Below, piece by piece: positions 9,151 through 19,164 of a DNA stretch of 64,000 nt. The stretch's first letter is position 1. Every line of letters begins with the position of its first letter. The translations under genes and the position numbers were made by a program. Source of the DNA: Patescibacteria group bacterium (lineage in GTDB: Bacteria > Patescibacteriota > Patescibacteriia > 2-01-FULL-39-33); the NCBI GenBank assembly GCA_041650895.1, contig JBAZKF010000001.1, forward strand, positions 81,685 to 145,684. The letters run 5' to 3'. Under the pieces are notes generated by a model. That model saw only the letters and a program-made list of their open reading frames with translations, had not been told where the DNA came from and ran no database searches.

Positions 9151-11796
9151 CTATTTTCCATTATTTTCCTTAATCACCGCCTGGGCCGCGGCTAACCGAG
9201 CAATCGGTACGCGGAATGGCGAACAAGACACATAATTAAAACCTTCACGATGACAGAAATTGACAGTTTTGGGTTCTCCGCCATGTTCGCCACAGATGCC
9301 AATCTTCAAGTCTTCTTTGGCGCTTCTGCCTTTCTTAATGGCGATGCGGATAAGCTCGCCGATGCCTTCCTGATCAAGCACTTCAAAAGGATCATATTCA
9401 AAAATACCTTGAGTCACATATTCTTTCAAGAATTTTCCAGCGTCATCACGGGATAAACCGGCGCCCATCTGAGTCAGGTCATTAGTGCCGAAAGAAAAGA
9501 ATTCTGCTCCGGCCTCCACAATCTTATCAGCAATCAGCGCCGCGCGAGGCACTTCAATCATGGTACCGATTTTGTATTTTAATTGGCTATTGGCAGTGGT
9601 CAATTTTTCTTCCACCACCTTAACGATGCGTTCTTTGAGGATAGAGAACTCTTTGACTGTAGCGACCAAAGGAATCATGATTTCCGGTTCCACTTTAATC
9701 CCCTCTTTTTCTACGGCAATCGCCGCTTCAATCACGGCCGCGGCTTGCATGTCATTGATTTCCGGATAAGTGATGGCCAAACGGCAGCCACGATGACCCA
9801 GCATGGGGTTAAATTCGTGTAAATCGTCAATTTTGGTTTTCAACACCTCAATCGGCACATTCATTTCAGCAGAAAGTTCCGCAATGTCTTTTTCTTCTTT
9901 GGGCAAGAATTCATGCAATGGCGGATCTAGGAAGCGAATAGTTACGGCATGGCCATCCATAGCCTTAAACAAACCGATAAAATCTTTTCTTTGATAGGGT
10001 AACAGTTTAGCCAGGGCTTTTTCTCGGCCGGCTATATCAGAAGCTAAAATCATTTCTCTGACAGCTTTGATTCTATCACCCTCAAAAAACATATGCTCGG
10101 TGCGGCATAAGCCGATGCCCTCAGCGCCGAATTTTCTGGCGACCATGGCATCATGAGGCGTGTCAGCGTTAGTGCGAATCTTAAGTTTTCTAACTTCATC
10201 GGCCCAATCCATTAAGGTACCGAAGTTACCGGAAAGTTCCGGATCCTTGGTGCCAAGCTTGCCGTTATACACTTCGCCAGTGGAGCCATCCAAAGAGATA
10301 AATTCTCCTTCTTTTAACGTCAGACCCTTATCTTTAATAGTTAAGGTTCTGGCTTTTTCATCAATAATGATGTCAGCGCAACCGGCAACGCAACAAGTGC
10401 CCATACCGCGGGCCACCACGGCCGCGTGAGAGGTCATACCGCCTCGAGCAGTCAAAATGCCTTTGGCCGAATGCATACCGTCAATATCTTCAGGAGAGGT
10501 TTCGGTGCGGACCAAGATGACATCCAAACCGGCTTGAGTTTTTTCAAACGCTTCAGTGGCAGTAAAAACGACTTCACCGACAGCCGCTCCGGGAGAAGCC
10601 GGCAAACCGCGAGCAATAACTTCACCTTCGGTTTTAGCCAAAGGATCCAGTTGTTTATGTAATAATTGATTTAATTGATTCGGTTCTACGCGCATTAAAG
10701 CTTCATCTTTGGAGATTGCTCCTTCGGTAACTAATTCTACAGCGATGCGCACAGCGGCCGCGGCAGTTCTTTTGCCGTTTCTGGCCTGCAGAATAAATAA
10801 TCGCCCTTGCTGAATGGTGAATTCCATATCTTGCATATCGCGATAATGTTTTTCTACTGTATTGCAAGTATCAACCAACTCTTTGTAAATAGCCGGATTC
10901 TGTTGTTCCAAAGTGGATACGGCAAGCGGAGTACGAATACCGGCGACCACATCTTCGCCTTGCGCGTTCATTAAATATTCGCCATAAAATTTGGCTTCGC
11001 CGGTAGAGGGATTGCGGGTAAAGCAAACACCTGTGCCCGAATCTTCTCCCAGGTTGCCGAACACCATGGTCTGAATATTAACAGCGGTGCCGATCAATCC
11101 CTTAATATCATTGATTTGGCGGTAGCGGATGGCGCGATAGTTGTTCCAAGAATTAAACACGGCATTGATCGCAGCATATAGCTGATCAATCGGGTCTTGC
11201 GGGAAATCCACTCCTTTGACTTCTTTGATTTTAGCTTTATAGCGATTGGCGACTTCCTGCAAATCTTCGGCCGTCAAATCAGTGTCAAATTTAGCACCCT
11301 TGGTATCTTTGACATTCTCCAAAATATGTTCGAATTCGGCATGCTCCACTTCCATCACCACATTACCAAACATTTGAATCAAACGACGATAAGAATCCCA
11401 AGCAAAACGGGCGTTGCCGGTCTTGGTGGCCAAACCCAAAACGGATTGGTCGTTAAGGCCTAAATTCAAAATTGTATCCATCATGCCAGGTAAAGAAGCC
11501 GCGGCGCCAGAGCGAACGGAAACTAATAACGGATCATTGGCATCGCCCAAAGTCTTGGACATCTTTTCTTCCAACTGTTTTAATTTGGTGTTGGTTTGTT
11601 CCTTGACTTCATCAGTGATGGTTTTGCCGGCTTTGTAATACAAATCGCAAACTTCGGTAGTTAAGGTAAATCCCGGAGGGACATTAATACCCAGACTGGA
11701 CATTTCCGCCAAGTTGGCGCCTTTGCCGCCGAGAAGTTCTTTCATGCTTTTATTCCCTTCTTCAAAGGAATAGACGTACTTTTTCACATCAGACAT
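9151..11796 (-). CDS. ppdK: pyruvate, phosphate dikinase
   Basis: 881 aa. N-terminus ...FEEGNKSMKELLGGKGANLAEMSSLGINVPPGFTLTTEVC, central phospho-His domain, C-terminal PEP-utilising domain. Bidirectional terminator at 9103-9132. Confidence 0.93.
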   Translation of the reverse strand: MSDVKKYVYSFEEGNKSMKELLGGKGANLAEMSSLGINVPPGFTLTTEVCDLYYKAGKTITDEVKEQTNTKLKQLEEKMSKTLGDANDPLLVSVRSGAAASLPGMMDTILNLGLNDQSVLGLATKTGNARFAWDSYRRLIQMFGNVVMEVEHAEFEHILENVKDTKGAKFDTDLTAEDLQEVANRYKAKIKEVKGVDFPQDPIDQLYAAINAVFNSWNNYRAIRYRQINDIKGLIGTAVNIQTMVFGNLGEDSGTGVCFTRNPSTGEAKFYGEYLMNAQGEDVVAGIRTPLAVSTLEQQNPAIYKELVDTCNTVEKHYRDMQDMEFTIQQGRLFILQARNGKRTAAAAVRIAVELVTEGAISKDEALMRVEPNQLNQLLHKQLDPLAKTEGEVIARGLPASPGAAVGEVVFTATEAFEKTQAGLDVILVRTETSPEDIDGMHSAKGILTARGGMTSHAAVVARGMGTCCVAGCADIIIDEKARTLTIKDKGLTLKEGEFISLDGSTGEVYNGKLGTKDPELSGNFGTLMDWADEVRKLKIRTNADTPHDAMVARKFGAEGIGLCRTEHMFFEGDRIKAVREMILASDIAGREKALAKLLPYQRKDFIGLFKAMDGHAVTIRFLDPPLHEFLPKEEKDIAELSAEMNVPIEVLKTKIDDLHEFNPMLGHRGCRLAITYPEINDMQAAAVIEAAIAVEKEGIKVEPEIMIPLVATVKEFSILKERIVKVVEEKLTTANSQLKYKIGTMIEVPRAALIADKIVEAGAEFFSFGTNDLTQMGAGLSRDDAGKFLKEYVTQGIFEYDPFEVLDQEGIGELIRIAIKKGRSAKEDLKIGICGEHGGEPKTVNFCHREGFNYVSCSPFRVPIARLAAAQAVIKENNGK

Positions 11797-11924
11797 AATT
11801 TATATTGAGTTATTTATTATTCACTTGTAGGTTATGGTCGGTGGCTTGCGAAAAACAGACTAAAATAAAATGACAGGTACGCAAGTCTGCGTGCCTATCA
11901 CTCCTTAGAAATAATACTTGATAT

Positions 11925-12875
11925 TTATTTTTCTATTTCTCTTTTCGTGAGTAGGCCTTTTTGCGCTCCGATGTGGGCTACGACTGAGGCGGAATTCTTG
12001 ATGCCCCAGGTGAGCGCTTCTTTTATGTTTTTATCATAAACCAGAGCTGAAGTCAAGGCCGATCCGAAAGCATCGCCAACACCCAAGGTATTAATCGGTT
12101 TAGACGACCTGGCTTTCATATAGTACTGTTTTTTGTCGTCTATGGCATAGGCGCCGTTAGCGCCATCGGTAATAACCGCCACCTTGGGCCCAAGGGATTT
12201 GAGATGTGCTAATAAACCTTTCATGTCTTTAAGTTTTTTAAATTCCAGAGCCTCATCATGATTAACTATCAGCACTTCTATCTTATTTAAATATTTCTTA
12301 ATGGCCGGGATATTTTTGAGTTGCTCATTGCCGGGATTCCAAACAATCTTTCTTTCGGTAGCGACCAGTTTATCCATAATTTTTTGCCAACCGACAGCCG
12401 GCAGAGACGTAACATAAAACCATTTGGCATTAATGGCCAATGAAGGCAAATCTTTATCGTTTAGCGCGGTATTGGCACCACGATGCACAAAAGCGATATG
12501 TTCCTTGCTGGGATTGTCAACGGTCAGGATGACTGTGAAACCGGTGGGATTTTTTTCATCCAGTTTAACTAAGCTGATATCAACTTTGTTGGCAGTCAAA
12601 TTAACTAATATCCGCTTGCCAAAATCGTCTTTGCCTACGCGACATAAGGCCGCAGTTTTCAAACCTAAGCGCGCCGCCGAAACAGCAACATTGGAACAAC
12701 CGCCACCGAAGGTGTTAAAAACCCTATCGGCCACGATTTTGGCGCCGTATTCAAAAGCCAAGAGCTTCTGTTTGACGGCATTGCCGGTAGAGACCAGCTC
12801 ACCTTCCTTGGAATAAAAGGAAATATCCACGGTGGCACCGCCGACGGTTATCAAGTCAAATTGCTTCTTGGGCAT
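11925..12875 (-). CDS. PfkB-family carbohydrate or nucleoside kinase (ribokinase-like)
   Basis: GGGCSNVAVSAARLG and DTLGVGDAFGSA motifs typical of the PfkB family. Confidence 0.8.
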   Translation of the reverse strand: MPKKQFDLITVGGATVDISFYSKEGELVSTGNAVKQKLLAFEYGAKIVADRVFNTFGGGCSNVAVSAARLGLKTAALCRVGKDDFGKRILVNLTANKVDISLVKLDEKNPTGFTVILTVDNPSKEHIAFVHRGANTALNDKDLPSLAINAKWFYVTSLPAVGWQKIMDKLVATERKIVWNPGNEQLKNIPAIKKYLNKIEVLIVNHDEALEFKKLKDMKGLLAHLKSLGPKVAVITDGANGAYAIDDKKQYYMKARSSKPINTLGVGDAFGSALTSALVYDKNIKEALTWGIKNSASVVAHIGAQKGLLTKREIEK

Positions 12876-12961
12876 ATAATTATATTTTATTCGCTATGGT
12901 ATATGGTATATTTTAACAAAATTTTCCGGCTTTTACAATCGGCCGGAGCAACTCAATCAGA

Positions 12962-13531
12962 CTACCTTTCTATTTTTGCCTTTCCTTGGCGTAAAACCTC
13001 CACTTGGCCGTTTTTTATCCCAATCAAAGTTGACGGCAGGGATATTCTTTTGCCGCGACCATAATAAAAGTCAGGATTATCGCCAAAATACTTCTTCGCT
13101 CCCTTAATGTCATCAGCCGGACTCTCTCCCTCCGGATTAGCGCTCGGTGCCACTAACGGGCCGGTCTGAGCAACCAAATCTCTAAGCCATTTCTTATTCG
13201 GTAACCGGAAAGCCAACGATTTGGTCCCGCGATGCAAATATTTAAACTTGGAATTCATGCAAGGCAAAATTACACTGACGGCATTAGGCCAGATTTTGAG
13301 TAGTACTTTTTTATCTCTTGCCGGCAGTTTAATGCCGAATGAATTTAAATCGGCCAAAGAAGAAATAATAATAATCAGCGGTTTTTCCGGCGAACGATGG
13401 CGAACACGATAAATTCGCTCAACCGTTTTTTTATTGGTAGCTCGACCAAGCAGGCCGTAAATAGTGTCGGTCGGCATCACTCCGATTCCGCCTGATTTTA
13501 ATATTTTTGTTATTTCTTTTCTAGTTGTCAT
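12962..13531 (-). CDS. tsaC: L-threonylcarbamoyladenylate synthase (YrdC/TsaC family)
   Basis: GGIGVMPTDTIYGLLGRA and KPLIIIISS motifs. 189 aa. Confidence 0.85.
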   Translation of the reverse strand: MTTRKEITKILKSGGIGVMPTDTIYGLLGRATNKKTVERIYRVRHRSPEKPLIIIISSLADLNSFGIKLPARDKKVLLKIWPNAVSVILPCMNSKFKYLHRGTKSLAFRLPNKKWLRDLVAQTGPLVAPSANPEGESPADDIKGAKKYFGDNPDFYYGRGKRISLPSTLIGIKNGQVEVLRQGKAKIER

Positions 13532-13565
13532 ATTTTATTAGGCCTGGCCTAACCAATAATCCGAA

Positions 13566-14204
13566 TTATCTTGTTATTTCCTCAGCTTTAATGGCATCTT
13601 CCAGCTGATATTCCCCCACTCTGATCCGTACCAAGTCGGACATATAAGCGCCGCAACCAAGCATCTGCCCCAAATCCCGCGCTAATGATCTAATATAAAC
13701 CCCGGGGCCGGTAACGACTCTGATTTTTAAATCGGGATATTTATATTCAATCAATTCAATGCTTTTGATTAACACCGGCCTGGCTACTAATTCCAACTTA
13801 CCGCCTTGACGCGCTGTTTTATAAGCGGGTCGGCCAGAAATTTTTATAGCGGAAAATTGCGGCGGTACTTGCTGGATCTCTCCAATGAAACCCTTAATCG
13901 CCTCCAATATCTCCTCTCGTTCAGGCTTATATTCACTAACAATGCTTTTTGCCCCTTCTTCATCGTCAGTAGTGCTGATCACGCCCAACCTGATATCCGC
14001 CACATACTCTTTTTCTTTGGCTACCTCTTCGGAGATCTTTTTTGTCGCTTCTCTGCCGATAGCCACAACCAAAACGCCGGATGCCAGGGGGTCCAGTGTG
14101 CCGGCGTGGCCGACTTTCTTTACGCCCGTACGCCGTCTGACTTGAGCGACAATATCAAATGAAGTCGGGCCTTTTGGCTTATTGATGGCAATGATGTTTT
14201 CCAT
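13566..14204 (-). CDS. truB: tRNA pseudouridine(55) synthase
   Basis: GHAGTLDPLASGVLVVAIG catalytic motif. 212 aa. Confidence 0.9.
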   Translation of the reverse strand: MENIIAINKPKGPTSFDIVAQVRRRTGVKKVGHAGTLDPLASGVLVVAIGREATKKISEEVAKEKEYVADIRLGVISTTDDEEGAKSIVSEYKPEREEILEAIKGFIGEIQQVPPQFSAIKISGRPAYKTARQGGKLELVARPVLIKSIELIEYKYPDLKIRVVTGPGVYIRSLARDLGQMLGCGAYMSDLVRIRVGEYQLEDAIKAEEITR

Positions 14205-14262
14205 GATATTAATCTAACAAAAAAGCGGACTTTATAAAAGCCCGCCTTGGTCAAATAAAAAA

Positions 14263-14544
14263 TTATAAACCTAAATCCTTATCAGATAAGTTAGTCGCCT
14301 CAAAACCGGTGGTTTTTATTGTCTCCATAGTTGCATCCAAATCCTCCAACGACTGATCAAGATCCACTTCCGTTATTTCCGGTTCTTCCGCCGGCTGAAC
14401 CGCTTGGCTTTCAATTGGCGCCGCCGCTTTTTCCCCTTGATTATCTTGCAGATTGATCTCCTGCGACGTTCCGCAACCAGCCAATAATCCGCCAACCACA
14501 AATACTACTGACAATAAAGCGATCAATGATAAATGTTTCTTCAT
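14263..14544 (-). CDS. small lipoprotein, hypothetical
   Basis: MKKHLSLIALLSVVFVVGGLLAGCGTSQ signal peptide and lipobox. Acidic C-terminus. Confidence 0.5.
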   Translation of the reverse strand: MKKHLSLIALLSVVFVVGGLLAGCGTSQEINLQDNQGEKAAAPIESQAVQPAEEPEITEVDLDQSLEDLDATMETIKTTGFEATNLSDKDLGL

Positions 14545-14552
14545 ATGTTTTG

Positions 14553-15254
14553 TTACTGCGTTAAATTATTAACGGTGGTTGATTCGATTAGATCTGGATT
14601 CGGCAAGGCCGACTGGGGCGCGGCCGGAGAAGAGGTGGAATTGCCGGCAGACATGGCTTTGATGATGGCCCTAACTCTGGCTATCTCGGCTTTAATTGTA
14701 GTGTTATAGTAAGCCCTAATATCCAACGCGTCGGCATTAACAGTTTTTAAAGCAGTCTGCGCTTCCTTAAGTTCAAGCTTGAATTGTCCAGCTGATTTGC
14801 CACAAACCGATTCCTGACCCTGTTTGAGTAATGAGACATAAGTGGCATAATCATCGCTGAATTTTTTTATTTTTGTATCCAGAACGGCCAAATCCGCTTT
14901 GAGTGCCGTCACATCTATACCGCGGGCGACTAAGCGATCGGACATGGCGGACAGCTTGTCTTTGAGTGTCTGGTACGCCTGCATATGCCTGACTTTGCTG
15001 TTATCAAAATTGGATACCTTAATTTGAATCTTTGATTCAATCACCGGACAACGGGCAATCGCTCCGGCCGCCACTTTTTTGACTAAGTTAATTGTGGAAG
15101 TCACTTGGGCGGCCACTGTTTGCGCTTTGGGGATATTGCCGAATTTAAGATCTGCCGGAGTCAAAGCGCGAGTGGAAATTCCGGCTGCCATCGTCCCCTC
15201 TGCCAAAAGTAAAGGCAATAAAACGAGAGTTAACAAAATAATTTTTTTCTTCAT
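14553..15254 (-). CDS. secreted coiled-coil hypothetical protein
   Basis: Signal peptide MKKKIILLTLVLLPLLLAEG. Ala/Lys-rich helical body. Confidence 0.5.
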   Translation of the reverse strand: MKKKIILLTLVLLPLLLAEGTMAAGISTRALTPADLKFGNIPKAQTVAAQVTSTINLVKKVAAGAIARCPVIESKIQIKVSNFDNSKVRHMQAYQTLKDKLSAMSDRLVARGIDVTALKADLAVLDTKIKKFSDDYATYVSLLKQGQESVCGKSAGQFKLELKEAQTALKTVNADALDIRAYYNTTIKAEIARVRAIIKAMSAGNSTSSPAAPQSALPNPDLIESTTVNNLTQ

Positions 15255-15283
15255 ATGTTTCTGATATTGCTAATATTACTAAG

Positions 15284-16078
15284 CTACTTTTTAATTTGTT
15301 GCAATGATTGATATAGCAAGATAATGTAGATCAAATACATCGGACCCAAAACCAGTTGGGCTAAATCCAATAAGATCGTAGCGACTTCCTGATTGGCTAG
15401 ACGCAATAAGCCGGCAATAAAAGAAACCAAGAATACCACCAAGAGCCACAAAAGCAATCGGCCGAAAACCGCCCACCAATAACCCTTAGTCAGTTCCCGG
15501 CTTCGTTTAAGCGAACCAATAATCGATGTATCCTCAAAAATTAGAATCACCGACGCCAAGCAGAATATTACCGCCCAAAGAAATCCCGGTATGATGAATA
15601 GAATCAGACCGCCGACAATAATCAAACCGAAAAGCAAACCGACAACAAAATATTTAACCCAATACTTCACTGAGCCCTTAATCGCTTCCGTTAAACTTAA
15701 TTTTCCATCCGACTTCAAAATTAACAACTGGCCGATCACCATTGATAGCGACACTGCCAGCCCTAAAATACACACTATGATTACCAGAATGATCTTGCCC
15801 CATAAAGGTAAGGCGTCAAAACCGCCGGCAGTAACGAAAGAGAAGCCTAGAGAAGAAATAACAGGATCAGTAACTTTGGCGACTTGAGCCTCACTGGCCG
15901 GCAAATAACGGATTATTCCCAGCACCCAAGCCAGCAGAGTCGCAATTCCCATAATAATCATGGGAATCAAGGTTAAAATAACTAGTTTTTGCCAATTTTT
16001 TACGTACAAATCCCAAGTCGCCCTTAACAGAGCGCCGGGTTCCGTTAATATCGGCTTAACGTTTGAATTTTTATCCAT
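15284..16078 (-). CDS. polytopic membrane protein, hypothetical
   Basis: 264 aa with 6 or more hydrophobic segments. Confidence 0.5.
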   Translation of the reverse strand: MDKNSNVKPILTEPGALLRATWDLYVKNWQKLVILTLIPMIIMGIATLLAWVLGIIRYLPASEAQVAKVTDPVISSLGFSFVTAGGFDALPLWGKIILVIIVCILGLAVSLSMVIGQLLILKSDGKLSLTEAIKGSVKYWVKYFVVGLLFGLIIVGGLILFIIPGFLWAVIFCLASVILIFEDTSIIGSLKRSRELTKGYWWAVFGRLLLWLLVVFLVSFIAGLLRLANQEVATILLDLAQLVLGPMYLIYIILLYQSLQQIKK

Positions 16079-16131
16079 ATGTTTTTAAATTATGACTATA
16101 TTATAGCACAAATCAAAAGCAGTGGTAAAGC

Positions 16132-17283
16132 TTAGCGAATTCTCATTTTTTTCTGGCGAGCCGAATTGCCGAAACGATGCGCTTCATCCCGGGCCTGTTT
16201 TAAAGTAATCAGCATATTAACAGCCAACTCCCGGACGTTTTTGGGGGTACCGGCGGAATAAACCAGTTTATCTCCGCCAAATTTGGATAAACCCAGAAGC
16301 GGTTTGACAACTTTCAATTTTTTGAACAGTTTACTGATCTGATTGATTTGCGGACGGCCGCCGTCAACCAAAAATAGATCGGGCAGGGGCCATTCCGGAT
16401 GGTTAAGACGGCGACTGATCATTTCTTCCAATGCTTGCACGTCATTGTTGGTCACTGTTTTTATGTTGAATAAACGATACTGCGATTTGTCCGGCTGATC
16501 GCCGATAAATACAGCCATGGCGCCGACAGTTTCTTTACCCGATAAGTGAGAAACATCATACGCCTCAATCCGTCCGACACCGCCGTTGCCGGATATTTCA
16601 TCTCGACTGATTAATGAAGCGTCGGAAATGTGGCGGAAAGCCCCGGATAGTTCCGGATTCTCTTTAGCTAATTTTTTTACTAACTGCTTTTTTTTGCCTT
16701 CAAACAGCCAGATAATGTTTCTGATATTCTTTTTGTACTCCTGGGGCGTAATAGCTGAAACGCAAGCGCCCGGACATAAGCCGATTTGATAATCAAAACA
16801 AGGCTGGCCGCTGCCGGGCTGACAAGTGGAATAAGGGAAAAGTCGTCTGATGATCCGCAAAGCATTCTTAATCAAGGTGGCGTTAAGGTATGGCCCGAAA
16901 ATATGCGCTCGCCCTGGCGAATATTTCCCCAAATCCTTGCCTCGGACGATTATGGGCTTGGGCCAATCGCTTTTGGCGATCACGACGTAAGCAAACGAGC
17001 GGTCGTCTTTGTCTTTGACATTATACTTGGGCCAGAATTTTTTAATAAGATTAGCTTCCAAGATTATCGCTTCCAAAACGGAATCAGTCTTATTATATTT
17101 TATATTTTTGGCTAAGGATACCATCTCCCCTATCCGCAATTCCATATCCGGACGGAAATATTGCAAAACCCGATGGCGCAGATTGGTGGCGCGTCCGATA
17201 TATAATATTTTGCCTTTACCATCTAACCAACGATAGACACCCGGAGATAGTGGCAGTTTTTTAGCTTTTTCTTTGAGATTCAT
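16132..17283 (-). CDS. uvrC: UvrC-like GIY-YIG excinuclease, short form
   Basis: N-terminal GIY-YIG (PGVYRWLDGKGKILYIGRATNLRHRVLQYF). C-terminal RDEAHRFGNSARQ motif as in the UvrC endonuclease domain. Only 383 aa, so the UVR and HhH regions appear to be missing. Confidence 0.6.
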   Translation of the reverse strand: MNLKEKAKKLPLSPGVYRWLDGKGKILYIGRATNLRHRVLQYFRPDMELRIGEMVSLAKNIKYNKTDSVLEAIILEANLIKKFWPKYNVKDKDDRSFAYVVIAKSDWPKPIIVRGKDLGKYSPGRAHIFGPYLNATLIKNALRIIRRLFPYSTCQPGSGQPCFDYQIGLCPGACVSAITPQEYKKNIRNIIWLFEGKKKQLVKKLAKENPELSGAFRHISDASLISRDEISGNGGVGRIEAYDVSHLSGKETVGAMAVFIGDQPDKSQYRLFNIKTVTNNDVQALEEMISRRLNHPEWPLPDLFLVDGGRPQINQISKLFKKLKVVKPLLGLSKFGGDKLVYSAGTPKNVRELAVNMLITLKQARDEAHRFGNSARQKKMRIR

Positions 17284-17458
17284 AATTTTACCAGGTTAAA
17301 TGCTGTTGCAAGAATTATTGCTTCATAGCACTCCACGGGATTAATCTTAACATAACGCGACTTTAACGACAAAATCCGCCGAATAATCATTAGTTTCTTT
17401 ATTACCGCCACCAATTTATCCGTCTGACTAACGGTTTTGCCAATATCGGCCTAATTGC

Positions 17459-17487
17459 TTGACAAATTAACCAAAATACGCTAATAT
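17459..17487 (+). promoter_or_regulatory. sigma-70-like promoter of rpmA
   Basis: TTGACA (17459-17464), 17-bp spacer, TAATAT (17482-17487), about 40 nt upstream of the rpmA start. Confidence 0.5.
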
Positions 17488-17529
17488 TATATCAATCGTT
17501 AAAAAATCAACATTTAAGCAAAATATACT

Positions 17530-17802
17530 ATGTCAACAAAAAAAGCAGGCGGCAGTACAAGATTAGGCCGAGATTCCAATGCGCAACGCTTAGGCATTAA
17601 GCTTTACGGAGGCGAAACCGCCCAGTCCGGCAATATTATCGTGCGCCAACGCGGTACACATTATCGCGCCGGCAATGGCACCAAACAAGCCAAGGATGAT
17701 TCCATTTTTGCCGTTCAAACGGGTAAGGTTGGCTTTAACAAAAAGAAAGTCAAAAAGTTTACCGGTAAGCTTGAGTACGCTCAGGTTGTTTCTGTGCAAT
17801 AA
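17530..17802 (+). CDS. rpmA: 50S ribosomal protein L27
   Basis: MSTKKAGGSTRLGRDSNAQRLGIKLYGGE...RQRGTHYRAGNG is canonical L27. A bidirectional terminator follows at 17850-17885. Confidence 0.95.
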   Translation: MSTKKAGGSTRLGRDSNAQRLGIKLYGGETAQSGNIIVRQRGTHYRAGNGTKQAKDDSIFAVQTGKVGFNKKKVKKFTGKLEYAQVVSVQ

Positions 17803-17928
17803 ATCTGGCAATAAAAGCTGCGGCTTAAAAAGATTTATATTTTAAACACCCCGTTTTATTCGGGGTGTTTTATTTTTTCAATAAAAATCGCCGCCTCGGT
17901 AAAACCCGAGACGGCGAGCAAGGTACGA

Positions 17929-19029
17929 TTAAGATAAAGGAGATGCGGACTGGGGCGACTCAGTCAGTGATGCCAGTAGCGACTGACTGGTTAAGACCGC
18001 TTCTTTGGCGCACAATTCAATCCGCTCCCAGACAATAGCATGGAATTCCTTAACCTTCTTTTCGTAGTTTTTGGCGCCACCGGAGTAACGCGCCAATGCT
18101 TTGGACCAGTTGCCCTTTTCCTTAACCAGAAAATAGTGCAAGACGAAGGCGCCCATGCGAATGTTATGTTCCGGGTTTTTCAGAATACTAATGAGATTTT
18201 CCCGGAATTTCTCCACTTGACGAACTCTTTCCCGTGCCTCCTTTTTATTTTTAGCGGGCTTAATGAACTTCGGTTCTGACCAAAGACCGAAGCGCTTGGC
18301 TACTCCTTGGCCGGTACCGTATTGAACCTGCATCAAGCCATACGCTTCGGCGCAAGATTTGGCGTTCGGATCATGCCATGATTCGGTATGGGCAATCGCC
18401 ACTAAAATCCCCCGCGGGAATTTATAATGGCTTTCCCATTTCTCAAAATCACGCGCCCACCTGTTGGCTTCCGCATCCGACACGCGGTGGTTGTCCCGTT
18501 GAATAAAGGCGACATAGACATTAATAACTTCTTGTGGCGACAACAACTCCAAATTAACCAAGGTCGAATCAGTCGCCTCAATTGATTGACTAAGAATCAC
18601 TGACTCGGACTCGCCTGAACTGACTGCTTGTTGTTGCAGAAAAATCTTCTCTGCCTGCAATAGTTCAGAGTCCAATTCTCGCTCGTCAATAAAATCAACC
18701 GGCTCAATAGCATTCATTATCGTTAAGGCCGGCCGATCTGACTCGATCCGTTTAATCCGACAGTCTGCCCGACATTTTGCGGTATCAATGCCGGCCGCCA
18801 GAACTTGGCCTTCGCCCAGCCAGGCACCCAGCGCCACAACGGCAGAAAACGCTAAAAATGCCATAACCAACATCAGATTAACGCGTTGGATGAAAAAGTT
18901 AACGCATCCTTGGACAATCCGAATATCAGCCGATTTGCCATCAAAAAAACTGTTCATTGTAAATGTTCCTTTTGATATCTTCCCTAATTTTAGGGATTTT
19001 TTTTGACACAAGTTGGTCACAGCGACCAA
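17929..19029 (-). CDS. lytic transglycosylase (SLT domain), membrane-anchored
   Basis: SLT catalytic region AIAHTESWHDPNAKSCAEAYGLMQVQ. N-terminal transmembrane segment. The true start may be the internal Met of MNSFFDG. Confidence 0.75.
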   Translation of the reverse strand: MVAVTNLCQKKSLKLGKISKGTFTMNSFFDGKSADIRIVQGCVNFFIQRVNLMLVMAFLAFSAVVALGAWLGEGQVLAAGIDTAKCRADCRIKRIESDRPALTIMNAIEPVDFIDERELDSELLQAEKIFLQQQAVSSGESESVILSQSIEATDSTLVNLELLSPQEVINVYVAFIQRDNHRVSDAEANRWARDFEKWESHYKFPRGILVAIAHTESWHDPNAKSCAEAYGLMQVQYGTGQGVAKRFGLWSEPKFIKPAKNKKEARERVRQVEKFRENLISILKNPEHNIRMGAFVLHYFLVKEKGNWSKALARYSGGAKNYEKKVKEFHAIVWERIELCAKEAVLTSQSLLASLTESPQSASPLS

Positions 19030-19164
19030 TGTTTATTATTATATCACACCTTTACTTTTTTGTCAAGATGTTTATCCACAGGGGGGCTAACATGCCTATC
19101 TTGATCTTTTAGAACCCAAAACCCGCCTCGGACATAGCCGTGACGGGTTTTAAATTTACCTGAA

